From Candidatus Hadarchaeota archaeon (GTDB lineage: Archaea; Hadarchaeota; Hadarchaeia; Hadarchaeales; Hadarchaeaceae), in contig JBFMBF010000008.1 in NCBI GenBank assembly GCA_040755315.1, forward strand, positions 1 to 42,833: DNA of 42,833 nucleotides. The letters run 5' to 3'. Every line of letters begins with the position of its first letter. The stretch's first letter is position 1. The position numbers and the translations under genes are program-made. The notes beneath the pieces were generated by a model. The model had not been told where the DNA came from and did no database searches. It worked only from the letters and a program-made list of their open reading frames with translations. This document shows positions 18,428 through 27,806 of this stretch, piece after piece.

Positions 18428-19591
18428 TCAGCCAATCGGCACCGGCAGACAGAGCAGGAACACTATGAACGAGATTAGCGCCAGCTTCTTCATCCTCCTA
18501 GAAATCCTTGAGACATCGTCGAGCGGACCCACATGCTCACCCCGAAACAGAAACAGGATCAGAAAGCCCCAGATCCACAGCGGGGACTCGATGAAAAAAA
18601 TCCCTGAAAGAAGGAAAGCGAACCCTATCGTCCTCGTCACGGCGTAGTGCCTCCTGCTGCCCATCAGCGCCCTAGAGATGTGACCGCCGTCAAGCTGCCC
18701 GGCCGGAATCAGGTTGAACATCGTCAGGACCATCGCCACCCATCCAGCGAGCGCTAAGGGGGTTATCCTCAGCGCACCCGGAGCATGCCCAAAGACAAGT
18801 ATCTCAAGGAAGGCGAAAGCTGCCGGGGCAAAAGGAAGCGCCATGCCGGAGGGGTCGGGGACGGACCTCAGCAGACCCACGAACACTATCGGGACAGCCA
18901 GCGCGAAGCCCATGAGGGGGCCGGCTGCACCCATCCTGACAAGCTCATCCCGGCTGGGTATCGGCTCCCGGACGTTGATCAATGCCCCGAATGTCCCAAG
19001 GGAGCTCGGGGCGGGGATGAAGTAGGGCAAGCTGACATCGATGCCGCTCTCGCGCGCAGCGATGATGTGGCCAAGCTCGTGGGCGCCCAGCAGCAGCATT
19101 ATTGAGACGGAAAATGCGAAGGAGTAGACGACGTCCCCCCGGAAAGGAAGGAAATAGTACCCAGCTAGAAAAGTCGATAGGAAAGTTACGACGAGAAGGA
19201 CGGCATTTATCCCGATCTTGTGCGGCCTGAGCTCCGGGCGCTTCAAAACAACCAGTTTGGTAGAGCCGCCCAAGCGCCTCATCGCCGGAATGTACCCGCG
19301 GCGTCCTAGAGACTGGAAAAGCGACTTGAAAGACTTCTTCTCGTCATCGGCGGACACCTCGAACTCCGCCCTCTCGGGGGTGGCTATGAAGTCCTCCAAT
19401 TCAAAGTGCTTGGAGGTTTGATTAAGAAGCCCGGACAGCCAGCTGGGGACATCCTCCCCCGCGACCTTCATCCCACAGCCGCACTTCAGGCACCTCTCGG
19501 GCGCCATCTCGCCGACATCCCTTGCGGACATACGATAGTCGGAGTGCTTGCAGCTGGGACATTCAAACTTTCTCACAGAAAGACTTGACAT
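18428..19591 (-). CDS. Site-2 protease (M50) with N-terminal Zn-ribbon
   Basis: HELGH, AGP, NLIPAGQLDGG; N-terminal CPSC...CLKC. Confidence 0.92.
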   Translation of the reverse strand: MSSLSVRKFECPSCKHSDYRMSARDVGEMAPERCLKCGCGMKVAGEDVPSWLSGLLNQTSKHFELEDFIATPERAEFEVSADDEKKSFKSLFQSLGRRGYIPAMRRLGGSTKLVVLKRPELRPHKIGINAVLLVVTFLSTFLAGYYFLPFRGDVVYSFAFSVSIMLLLGAHELGHIIAARESGIDVSLPYFIPAPSSLGTFGALINVREPIPSRDELVRMGAAGPLMGFALAVPIVFVGLLRSVPDPSGMALPFAPAAFAFLEILVFGHAPGALRITPLALAGWVAMVLTMFNLIPAGQLDGGHISRALMGSRRHYAVTRTIGFAFLLSGIFFIESPLWIWGFLILFLFRGEHVGPLDDVSRISRRMKKLALISFIVFLLCLPVPIG

Positions 19592-20980
19592 CTATTTTTT
19601 CCTCCTAGGCAATTTCGGGCGCACCTCTTTTGGGACTTCCAAAATCAGCTTGTGGAGCTCGGGGAAGCGGGACAGCACGCTCTTGGACGCTCTCTCGAAA
19701 ATCCCCCTCGCCTGCTTTGGACCAAGGTCCTTCTCGATTTCCGGGTAAGCAACCTTCATGACATTTGCAAATGCTGCCGCCACGCGTTTTATCCTTTCCT
19801 CCGGAGAAAGAGGGGAAAGCTCATGGTAAAGTCCAGAAATGTCCACCACCCCATCTGGAGATACCCTCAGAGCTGAGATAAGGGGTTCGGTCTGCCTGTA
19901 TGTCTTCAGTTTTTTCTCGGCGACCACTGCTGAAAGCAGTTCTAGCACCCCCTCGTACATAGCTGGAGGACCTACCCTCACAAGAGTGGTAACTCTCTCC
20001 TTTACCCACATCACTGTCTCCTTCTTGCACTTCATCAACAGTGGTTGGAATACTCCCTTGAAGAGAACTGCTGGGAGGGCATAGTCGTAAAGGACCTCTC
20101 CGTGTTTTTTCACACCTTCGCTCATGCTGTCTATGACCAGCTCCGTCGCCCGCATGGGTGAACTTACCCTCTCGTAAGATGCCAAGATGTTCGAGTCCGC
20201 CTTCGAAAAGCTCCTGAATATTGTCTGCTCCCTCTCCTGCGGGTGAACCCTGTCCAGGTTCTTCATCAGCGGCCCAAACTTCAGCCTTCCATCGAATGTC
20301 AACTTGTACCCGCCGAACAGCGCCGGCTCGTTCTCCGCATTTTTAGACAAGATTGTATCGAGCGGCCTCACGCCGGAGACCACTCCCAGGCTTGAAAGGT
20401 AAATGTTCGTCATGTCCAAGCGTGCAGCCAAAAGCTGGATGTCCTTTCTCAGCAGCTTCCGCTCCTTTTTCTCAAGTGTGGGCAGTCGCCAGACCCCTTT
20501 GTAAAGAGCCCTTTCCGCGGCCGCCATCAGTGAAAAAGCTGCGGCGAAGCTGGCCAGCGTGGCCACGGTCGCCCAATCATAGCCGCTTGCGGCGATGTCC
20601 GTGATGTAGAACGGCATGCCAAGGAGAAGTATCAAAATACCTGCCGAGTGCAGCCTCGCGTGGTGGAATGTGAAGACTTTGAAGACCGAAGTCTTGTGGA
20701 CCTCTCTCAGCGCAAAAAACCTTGCCGCTGCCCCGATGCCGAGGAACATTATGCCTGCCATCCACAGGAAAGTCATGGCGGTTTCAAGCTTGAACCCAAA
20801 GATGTCGTTCCCCGCCCCCACAGCGAGCAGGGCCAGGAAAAATATTGCTCCGAAAGTCCTCAGCCTATGACCGAATGGGTCCTTCAGCTTCCTCGTGTTT
20901 TTGACAGCATAAGCGGTGAATACCACGTTGGCTGTACCAAACATGGCGCCTAACAGGTAGACCATCAACTCCAAAATCAT
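19592..20980 (-). CDS. Hypothetical membrane protein (about 5 N-terminal TM helices, helical cytoplasmic region)
   Basis: Long ORF tightly packed in the operon; hydrophobic N-terminal ~155 aa; start overlaps the stop of the DUF835 gene. Confidence 0.7.
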   Translation of the reverse strand: MILELMVYLLGAMFGTANVVFTAYAVKNTRKLKDPFGHRLRTFGAIFFLALLAVGAGNDIFGFKLETAMTFLWMAGIMFLGIGAAARFFALREVHKTSVFKVFTFHHARLHSAGILILLLGMPFYITDIAASGYDWATVATLASFAAAFSLMAAAERALYKGVWRLPTLEKKERKLLRKDIQLLAARLDMTNIYLSSLGVVSGVRPLDTILSKNAENEPALFGGYKLTFDGRLKFGPLMKNLDRVHPQEREQTIFRSFSKADSNILASYERVSSPMRATELVIDSMSEGVKKHGEVLYDYALPAVLFKGVFQPLLMKCKKETVMWVKERVTTLVRVGPPAMYEGVLELLSAVVAEKKLKTYRQTEPLISALRVSPDGVVDISGLYHELSPLSPEERIKRVAAAFANVMKVAYPEIEKDLGPKQARGIFERASKSVLSRFPELHKLILEVPKEVRPKLPRRKK

Positions 20981-22176
20981 ACGTCCACAACCTCCAGTTC
21001 TCTCTCAATCTCGACAAGCTGTTCCCGAGTGAACACGCTTGCGTCGGCCTCAAACAACAGAGACCAACCACTGGTTTTATTTATCATCCCTATTTCTTTG
21101 ACAAACTTCATTGTCCTGTCAAACCCATTTACTGTTTTTATCAAATCAAGGCAGTCAATAAAAATCACTCCTCCTCTCGTCTTTTTCTCTAACTCGGATA
21201 TCTTCCTCGTGATCTCGTCCAGGTCAAGCGGGCTCAAGGTCCCCGCGACATTTCTGAAGCTCATCCAGATCGTGGGCGTCTTCTTCAATCCATAGCGCGC
21301 GCGCACTTTTGACGGCTCGACTTTTGTTATCCACAACCCGCGTACTCCATGCATGACCTGATGTACAAAAAAATCGGAGCCCTTTCCAGAGATCTTGACC
21401 AGATATCCTTGGCCGGCGCCAAGTTCAAACTCCGGCTTTCTTGCGGCGGCTTTTTCTATCGAGGGGCTTATCCTCTCAAGCACCGTGGGCACGCTGAAAA
21501 CATACAGCATGGCCATGAGCGGAGGTATTGTGGTTATGTGAACAACCGTGTATAATACAGATTCCTTTGGAACAAGGGCAACCAAGAAGTACAGCACGAA
21601 AAGAATGTCGAATGAAACCATCAAAAGCCTAGTGTATCCCATGTCTTTCCTTTTCTGCTTTGAGGAATATTTCCACAACAGGACACTCGAATAAACCACC
21701 GCCAAAATCACAAAAAGTGAAAGCAGGGATGTGGTGAGCGCCCCCGACTCAAGGAGCTTGCCCGTTATCTGTGTGGAAGGGGAAAAGATTGCCGTTATGA
21801 TGAACAAAGAACTCAGCGCCGCCAAAAAAAGAAGGGCAGCGCTTGCTCTCGCCGCAAGCTTGAACTCCGGCATCCAGGATCCTTTGAACGCTGGCCTGTG
21901 GAGCCAAGCAGATATTCCACAAAAAACCAGCGCCGCAAATGCTATCGCGCCCAGCTCCGCCTTGTCAAAAACAATCAGCAAACTTTCATTTGAACTGATC
22001 TCCCAGAGAAGCCCGAAAAGAGCTACCAAGGTGTTCAAAAGCAGAAAGACAGCGAAAGGTTTTCTCAGCCACTTGCCATATCTAGGCGACCTCTGGTGGA
22101 GAAAGGCACCAAGCAGTACGACATCCAGAGCTAAAACAACCAAAAGGACAAACTCTACCCTAAGCTGGTCAGTCAT
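20977..22176 (-). CDS. Multi-TM membrane protein with C-terminal DUF835 (RecA/KaiC-like, inactive) domain
   Basis: About 7 TM helices, then GLWITK..P, TPTIWMS, LSPLDL, VIFIDCLDLIKTVNGF, EIERE; ATG at 22176 overlaps the ubiX stop. Confidence 0.75.
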   Translation of the reverse strand: MTDQLRVEFVLLVVLALDVVLLGAFLHQRSPRYGKWLRKPFAVFLLLNTLVALFGLLWEISSNESLLIVFDKAELGAIAFAALVFCGISAWLHRPAFKGSWMPEFKLAARASAALLFLAALSSLFIITAIFSPSTQITGKLLESGALTTSLLSLFVILAVVYSSVLLWKYSSKQKRKDMGYTRLLMVSFDILFVLYFLVALVPKESVLYTVVHITTIPPLMAMLYVFSVPTVLERISPSIEKAAARKPEFELGAGQGYLVKISGKGSDFFVHQVMHGVRGLWITKVEPSKVRARYGLKKTPTIWMSFRNVAGTLSPLDLDEITRKISELEKKTRGGVIFIDCLDLIKTVNGFDRTMKFVKEIGMINKTSGWSLLFEADASVFTREQLVEIERELEVVDV

Positions 22177-22733
22177 TTTCTGCCGCCCCATTTCTTGTAA
22201 AGCCGGTGCTCCACGCCAAACATCTCGAGGACCCTCCCAACAACGAAGTCGACCAAATCGGAAATCCTCTCGGGCTGATGGTAGAATGCTGGCATGGCTG
22301 GCAGGATGGTGGCGCCAGCCCTCCTGAGCTTCGCCATGTTCTCAAGATGGATCAGGTTAAGCGGCGTCTCCCGGGGCACAATGACCAGCTTCCTTTCCTG
22401 CTTGAGCGTGACGTCCGCCGCTCTGGTGATCAGGCTGTCAGCAATGCCGTTGGCGATAGCACCCAAAGTCTTCATGCTGCATGGGATAACCACCATCCCG
22501 TCTGTCTTGTAGGAGCCGCTTGCCACTGGGGCTTTCAGGTCGTCCGGGTCGTGGATCTTGGTAGCCATCTTTTTCAGCTTGGACGCGTCACCCCCCATCT
22601 CATGCTTGATCAAGATTTCGGCGGCCTTCGACACTATCAGCTCTGTTTCTATGTCCGCGTCTCTGCAAGCCTCAAGAAACCTCGCGCCGTAAACCACTCC
22701 GCTTGAGCCAGTTACCGCGACAACCAGACGCAT
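22173..22733 (-). CDS. ubiX: Flavin prenyltransferase UbiX
   Basis: VTGSSG, ASGS, PCSMKTL, RAADVTLK, VPRETP, PAMPAFY. Confidence 0.95.
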   Translation of the reverse strand: MRLVVAVTGSSGVVYGARFLEACRDADIETELIVSKAAEILIKHEMGGDASKLKKMATKIHDPDDLKAPVASGSYKTDGMVVIPCSMKTLGAIANGIADSLITRAADVTLKQERKLVIVPRETPLNLIHLENMAKLRRAGATILPAMPAFYHQPERISDLVDFVVGRVLEMFGVEHRLYKKWGGRK

Positions 22734-22741
22734 GATCTTCC

Positions 22742-23872
22742 CTACGCCAGCTCTTTCACCTTTGAGGCCACGGCGTCGCCAACCTCGGAAGTCTTTGATG
22801 TCCCGCCCAGGTCATAAGTCCTGACCTTGCCTTCCTTCAAGACCTCGACCACGGCGCGCTCCACGAGATCGGCCGCCTTCTGTTCCCCGAGATGCTCGAG
22901 CATCATTTGCCCCGCAAGTATCGTCGCGATTGGGTTTGCGACATTTTTCCCCGCATGCTTGGGCGCGGAGCCGTGTATTGGCTCAAACATGCTTACTCCT
23001 CTTGGGTTTATGTTGCCGCCGGGGGCAAGCCCCATCCCCCCTTGGATCATGGCCCCGAGATCTGTGATTATGTCGCCGAACATGTTGGGAGTCACGACCA
23101 CCTGGTACCACTCCGGATTTTTGACAAACCACATCGTGACGGCGTCGACAAACGCGAACTCTGTTTCTATCTTAGGATAATCTCCGGCGACCTTTTGGAA
23201 CACCTCACGCCAAAGGGTGTAGACGTGGCTAAGGACATTTGCCTTGTCAACAGATGTCACCCGCTTTTTGCCCTTCCTCACCGCCAGTTCAAACGCGTAG
23301 CGGATTGCCCGCTCCGCCCCCTTCCTGCTCACCACTCCGAGCTGGTAAGCAAGCTCGTCGCCGTCCACATCTATGTCGAGGCCAAACTTCACTTGGTAGA
23401 TGGAGCGCAGTATTTCATGCCTTGCCTTAGTCCTCTTCCCGGCCCTGCCCCCTATCGCCACGTAAAAGTCCTCGGTGTTCTCCCTGACCACGTAGAAGTT
23501 CACATGCTCCGGCCCTTTCCCCTTCAGCGGGCAGGGGACTCCCGGGTAGAGCTTCACGGGCCTGAGGTTTATGTACTGGTCAAAGTAGAACCTGAGTTTC
23601 AGCAAGACCTCCTGTTCCAGCAACCCAGTCTGTACTCTTGGGTCACCTAGGGCCCCGAGGTAAATGGCTTCTGTCTTAGAAAGCTCTTTCAGCCCGGCCT
23701 CTGGAACAAGCTCGCCAGTTTTCAGGTAGTGGCTGGCACCATATGGGAAACTGGTGAACTCTAAGTCAATGCCCGGCACTGCCTCGGTCGCTGCATTTAG
23801 AACCTTGACTCCCTCGCGGATGACTTCCGGGCCTATTCCATCCCCTTCCAACACCGCAATCTTGTGTCTCAT
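22742..23872 (-). CDS. leuB: 3-isopropylmalate dehydrogenase family enzyme
   Basis: [45 protein letters not shown]; located in the leuCD/ilvD cluster. Confidence 0.8.
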   Translation of the reverse strand: MRHKIAVLEGDGIGPEVIREGVKVLNAATEAVPGIDLEFTSFPYGASHYLKTGELVPEAGLKELSKTEAIYLGALGDPRVQTGLLEQEVLLKLRFYFDQYINLRPVKLYPGVPCPLKGKGPEHVNFYVVRENTEDFYVAIGGRAGKRTKARHEILRSIYQVKFGLDIDVDGDELAYQLGVVSRKGAERAIRYAFELAVRKGKKRVTSVDKANVLSHVYTLWREVFQKVAGDYPKIETEFAFVDAVTMWFVKNPEWYQVVVTPNMFGDIITDLGAMIQGGMGLAPGGNINPRGVSMFEPIHGSAPKHAGKNVANPIATILAGQMMLEHLGEQKAADLVERAVVEVLKEGKVRTYDLGGTSKTSEVGDAVASKVKELA

Positions 23873-23934
23873 ACAATTATACCACTTCACATATCGACTT
23901 AAATCTTCCAAAATAAGCTACGGTTGAGGGTAAA

Positions 23935-24504
23935 ATGGACCAAATCAAAAAACTCAAGCTAAACAACACCATATCTTACGCTGCTACAGAGGCACTTGTC
24001 GTCATTTCTATTGTTGCTCTTGGAACGATTGTCATCCCAAACTTGCCACGATTTCCGGGAGAGCCGAGCATGCGCCGAGCTTTTGCCGCAACATGGAATT
24101 TTGCTTGCACGACCATGTGGATAATTATCTTGCGCGTCCAGGCCGTAAACAGACTTTTAGATGATATAGAGCGCAAAAAAATCAGACGAACAGTGACTCC
24201 ATGGGTAAAATTCTGGTTTGGCGCGTCAATCCTGATCGGCTCTGCAACATTTCTCTATATATTTTGGACTTTTATCTTTGGGAGCGGCGGGTCAATATTT
24301 TTTGAATTTTTGGCATTTGCTTCTGTGGTCGCATGGCTGATTTTAGTTGTCTTATCGCTCGACCTGCTACGAATGAAAAGCCCCGACGGAAAACTCTTGC
24401 CATATTTAAAACACTCAAAGATTTTACACAACCACCTTCTTGTGCCCGCTTCCGTTATGTTTTTCTTGGCCAGCTTCCTGTTCCCCATATTTTTCATGCT
24501 GTAA
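23935..24504 (+). CDS. Orphan AT-rich membrane protein
   Basis: 189-aa ORF with about 5 hydrophobic segments, opposite to the flanking operon and lower in GC. Confidence 0.65.
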   Translation: MDQIKKLKLNNTISYAATEALVVISIVALGTIVIPNLPRFPGEPSMRRAFAATWNFACTTMWIIILRVQAVNRLLDDIERKKIRRTVTPWVKFWFGASILIGSATFLYIFWTFIFGSGGSIFFEFLAFASVVAWLILVVLSLDLLRMKSPDGKLLPYLKHSKILHNHLLVPASVMFFLASFLFPIFFML

Positions 24505-24514
24505 ATTTTAATTA

Positions 24515-25588
24515 TCAGATGGCGCTAGCAACCGCCTCGGCCATCTCTCTGGTCCCGACCGCTGAGGAGTCGTATGGGTCGTCCTTGAAGTCATGGGTAA
24601 CACTTTTGCCCTCGCGGATAACCTTCGCCACCGCCTGCTCAATCTTCCTGGCCGCTTCATCCTCGCCCAAGTGCTCCAGCATCATGGCGCCCGAGAGTAT
24701 GGCGGCCGCGGGGTTGACCTTGTTGAGCCCGGCGTACTTCGGGGCGGAGCCGTGGGTCGGCTCAAACACCGCAAACTCGTCGCCGATGTTCACGCTTGGC
24801 GCCATCCCCAGCCCGCCAACAAGCCCCGCACAGAGGTCGGAGAGGATGTCACCATAGAGGTTAGGCGTGACTATGATGTCGTAAAGGTGCGGCTTCTGGA
24901 CCAGCTGCATGCACATGTTGTCTACTATCCTGTCCTCGAACTCTATCTTGGGGAACTGCTGGGCAACCTTCCGCGCCGACTCCAGGAAGAGCCCGTCGGA
25001 GAACTTCAGGATGTTGGCCTTGTGGACGGCTGTGACCTTTCTCCTCCCGCGCGCTCCAGCATACCTGAAAGCAAACTTGACTATCCTTTCTGAAGCCAGG
25101 CGGGAGATGGTCTTCAGGCTGATGCCAGAGTCCTCCCTGACCTTCGCACCCACCTTCCCCCGGACGAACCTTATCAAGTCCAAGGTCTCGGGATCGCCCA
25201 CGGGGAACTCCACTCCGGCGTAAAGATCCTCGGTGTTCTCCCTGACCACGACGAGGTTTATGTCGGTGTATCTTGACCTGACGCCGGGGTACCACTTGCA
25301 CGGCCTCACGCAGGCGTAGAGGTCCAGCTCTTTCCTCAGAGCAACGTTCACGCTCCTGAAGCCAGACCCAACCGGCGTGGTGATGGGACCTTTCAGGGCC
25401 ACCTTGTTCCTTTTCACGGATTTCAGGACTTCAGGCGGGAGCGGCGTGCCAGCCTTTTCCATCACTTGCTCGCCGGCTTCGACCTCCTCCCAAACTATGC
25501 TCACCCCAGTGGCCTCAATGCAGAGCTTGGCCGCGGCGATGACCTCCGGCCCGACCCCATCCCCCGGAATCAAGGTTACTGTGTGCAA
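24515..25588 (-). CDS. Isocitrate/homoisocitrate dehydrogenase family enzyme (NAD-IDH-like)
   Basis: [55 protein letters not shown] start. Confidence 0.85.
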   Translation of the reverse strand: MHTVTLIPGDGVGPEVIAAAKLCIEATGVSIVWEEVEAGEQVMEKAGTPLPPEVLKSVKRNKVALKGPITTPVGSGFRSVNVALRKELDLYACVRPCKWYPGVRSRYTDINLVVVRENTEDLYAGVEFPVGDPETLDLIRFVRGKVGAKVREDSGISLKTISRLASERIVKFAFRYAGARGRRKVTAVHKANILKFSDGLFLESARKVAQQFPKIEFEDRIVDNMCMQLVQKPHLYDIIVTPNLYGDILSDLCAGLVGGLGMAPSVNIGDEFAVFEPTHGSAPKYAGLNKVNPAAAILSGAMMLEHLGEDEAARKIEQAVAKVIREGKSVTHDFKDDPYDSSAVGTREMAEAVASAI

Positions 25589-25600
25589 GATATCATGTCC

Positions 25601-26092
25601 TTAATTTTTGCCTGAAGATTTTTTCATGTAGGGGACCAGCCCTCCGGCCTTCAGGATATTCATGACGAATTCTGGGAGAGGCTGTGTCTGGAAGACCTTA
25701 CCCGTCCTTTCATTCCTTACCTCGCCTTTCTCAAGGTCGACCTTGATTCTGTCCATGGTCTTGAACTCCTTCGAGATTCCTGGGCAGGCAAGCACAGGGA
25801 GTCCTTGGTTTATCGAGTTCCTGTAGAATATCCTGGCGAAGGACTCTGCGACCACGGCAGACACCCCCGCGGCCTTCAGGGCTATCGGGGCCTGCTCCCT
25901 GCTCGAGCCGCAGCCGAAGTTCTTCCCGCCGACTATCACGTCGCCCTTCTCCACCTTCTTGACAAAATCTGGGTCGATGTTCTCCATCGCGTGCTTTCCC
26001 CAGTAGTCGATTTCGTGCTTGACGAGGTAGCGACCGGCGATTATGTCGTCGGTGGTGATGTTGTCCCCGTAGATGAATGCTTTCGGCATCAC
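25601..26092 (-). CDS. leuD: 3-isopropylmalate dehydratase (aconitase family) small subunit
   Basis: [30 protein letters not shown]. Confidence 0.9.
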   Translation of the reverse strand: MMPKAFIYGDNITTDDIIAGRYLVKHEIDYWGKHAMENIDPDFVKKVEKGDVIVGGKNFGCGSSREQAPIALKAAGVSAVVAESFARIFYRNSINQGLPVLACPGISKEFKTMDRIKVDLEKGEVRNERTGKVFQTQPLPEFVMNILKAGGLVPYMKKSSGKN

Positions 26093-27345
26093 AGGCCCCT
26101 CGGATCCGTTATTTTCCCCTTCAGGGCGGAGGCAGCGACGGTCGCAGGGGAGCCGAGGTAAACCTCTGACTCAGGGCTGCCCTGCCTCCCCTTGAAGTTC
26201 CTGTTGGAGGAGGAAATGCAGACCTCCCCCGGCCCGATGACGCCGACGTGGGCGCCCATGCAGGCGGCGCAGCTTGGCGACTCGACAATGGCTCCGGCCG
26301 CGACAAAAATCTCAAACAGGCCCTCCTTCAGAGCCATGGTGTAAACCTCGCGCGATGCCGGTGCGACTATCAGTCTGACGCTTTTCGGGATTTTCTTCCC
26401 CTTCAGGATTTTTGCGGCAGCCCTGAAGTCTTCCATCCTGCCGTTCGTGCAGGAGCCGAGGAAGGCCTGGTCGACCTCCTTCCCCTCGACTTCCCTCACG
26501 GCCTTGACGTTGTCGACGGAGTGCGGGCAGGCGACTTGGGGCTCCAGCTTGCTGACGTCGTAATCGCGCGACTCCACGTATGAAGCTCCTGAGTCGCTTG
26601 TGACTGGCTTTAGCGGCTCGCTTGTTCTCCCCTTCAGGTACTCGAGCGTCGCGCTGTCGGCGGCGACTATCGCGGCCTTTGCCCCCATCTCCACGCCCAT
26701 GTTGCACATTGTCAGCCTCCCGTCGACGCTTATGTCGTGAACCCCACTGCCCGTGAACTCCACAGCGCGGTATGTGGCGCCGTCCATCCCGACATCGCCG
26801 ATTACTTTCAGGATTAAGTCCTTTGACATCACTGGGGGCTTCAGCTTTCCCTCCACGTTGAAAAGCATGCTTTCTGGCACCCTGAACCAGAGCTTCCCGG
26901 ACGCTATGACGGCCGCCATGTCGGTGGAGCCGACGCCGGTGGCGAAGCAGCCCAGTGCCCCGTAGGTCGTCGTGTGGGAGTCGGCGCCGACAACGAGGCT
27001 TCCAGGCAGGGCGAAGCCCTTCTCAGGGAGAACCTCGTGGCAGATGCCCTCAAAGATGTCGTAGAAGTTCTGTATCTTGTGCTCGGCCGCGAATTTTCTC
27101 AACATTAGATGGTTCATGGCGGCGTCCAGGGAACTGGCCGGGGCCTGGTGGTCGAAAGTTATGACAATCCTGCGCGGGTCCCAGACCTTCTTCACGCCCA
27201 TTTCTTCCATCGAGTGGAGGGTGAGGGGGCCGGTCAGGTCGTGCATCATTGCCGCGTCGACCTTTCCTTCAACAATCTCTCCCGGGGTGACCTCTTTCTT
27301 GCCGGAGGCTCTCGCCAGAATTTTTTCCGAAATAGTCATTGCCAT
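26089..27345 (-). CDS. leuC: 3-isopropylmalate dehydratase (aconitase family) large subunit
   Basis: FDH, GICH, GADSHT, GSCTNGR, CAACMG, SNRNF.GR; three Fe-S cysteines present. Confidence 0.9.
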   Translation of the reverse strand: MAMTISEKILARASGKKEVTPGEIVEGKVDAAMMHDLTGPLTLHSMEEMGVKKVWDPRRIVITFDHQAPASSLDAAMNHLMLRKFAAEHKIQNFYDIFEGICHEVLPEKGFALPGSLVVGADSHTTTYGALGCFATGVGSTDMAAVIASGKLWFRVPESMLFNVEGKLKPPVMSKDLILKVIGDVGMDGATYRAVEFTGSGVHDISVDGRLTMCNMGVEMGAKAAIVAADSATLEYLKGRTSEPLKPVTSDSGASYVESRDYDVSKLEPQVACPHSVDNVKAVREVEGKEVDQAFLGSCTNGRMEDFRAAAKILKGKKIPKSVRLIVAPASREVYTMALKEGLFEIFVAAGAIVESPSCAACMGAHVGVIGPGEVCISSSNRNFKGRQGSPESEVYLGSPATVAASALKGKITDPRGL

Positions 27346-27424
27346 GTTATCCCATTGGTTTTATGCGGCCAATTTAAAAGATTATGTGCCGCGGGAGGAT
27401 TTTCAAAACATTACAGAGCGAGTT

Positions 27425-27806
27425 GTGCACACGTGTGTAGTTAGTAGTAAAACATGGGCTGAAGGAGTGCACACGTGTGTAGTGTTCATCTAAAGTTTGC
27501 CCTGAAATGAAACCATTTCATGTCTGGTCCTTCAAAACGCTCCAACAGTTTTATGAATTTGCCCGTATGTTTTTCTTTCACGAGATAAACCGACCCCCCA
27601 ATTTTTTCCCAGTTTTTCCTTGGCAATTCCCCGAGAAATGCATTGAGCCGCGCATAAAACCATCGCCTGCCGTAGGCTTTCCTACGCAGCTCCCAAGTGA
27701 ACAAAACCCACTCTTGACCGTGTTCACACGTGTGCATAATCTCGCCAAAGCTTTGGGTGAACTCGGTTTATAAAGGCAAAAAACCGGCACTGCACACGTG
27801 TGCAGT
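27425..27806. repeat. Four copies of the palindrome CACACGTGTG (27428-27437, 27470-27479, 27725-27734, 27793-27802)
   Basis: Copies 1 and 2 share the 17-bp direct repeat GTGCACACGTGTGTAGT; copy 4 extends to the perfect 18-bp palindrome ACTGCACACGTGTGCAGT (27789-27806). Confidence 0.92.
27486..27737 (-). CDS. Small basic hypothetical protein, Cas2/VapD/PaaX-central-like pattern
   Basis: 83 aa; WVLFTWEL..RRWFYARL..WEKIGGSVYLV resembles the Cas2-like YDI..R..L..QxSV pattern. TTTATAAA lies at 27767-27774, about 30 bp upstream of the ATG. Confidence 0.55.
   Translation of the reverse strand: MHTCEHGQEWVLFTWELRRKAYGRRWFYARLNAFLGELPRKNWEKIGGSVYLVKEKHTGKFIKLLERFEGPDMKWFHFRANFR

Noticed and set aside
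27425..27483. Two 17-bp repeats with a 25-bp spacer next to a Cas2-like ORF, read as a CRISPR mini-array
   Set aside because: Repeats are too short, there are only two in tandem, and no cas1 or effector genes are present; they fit binding sites better.
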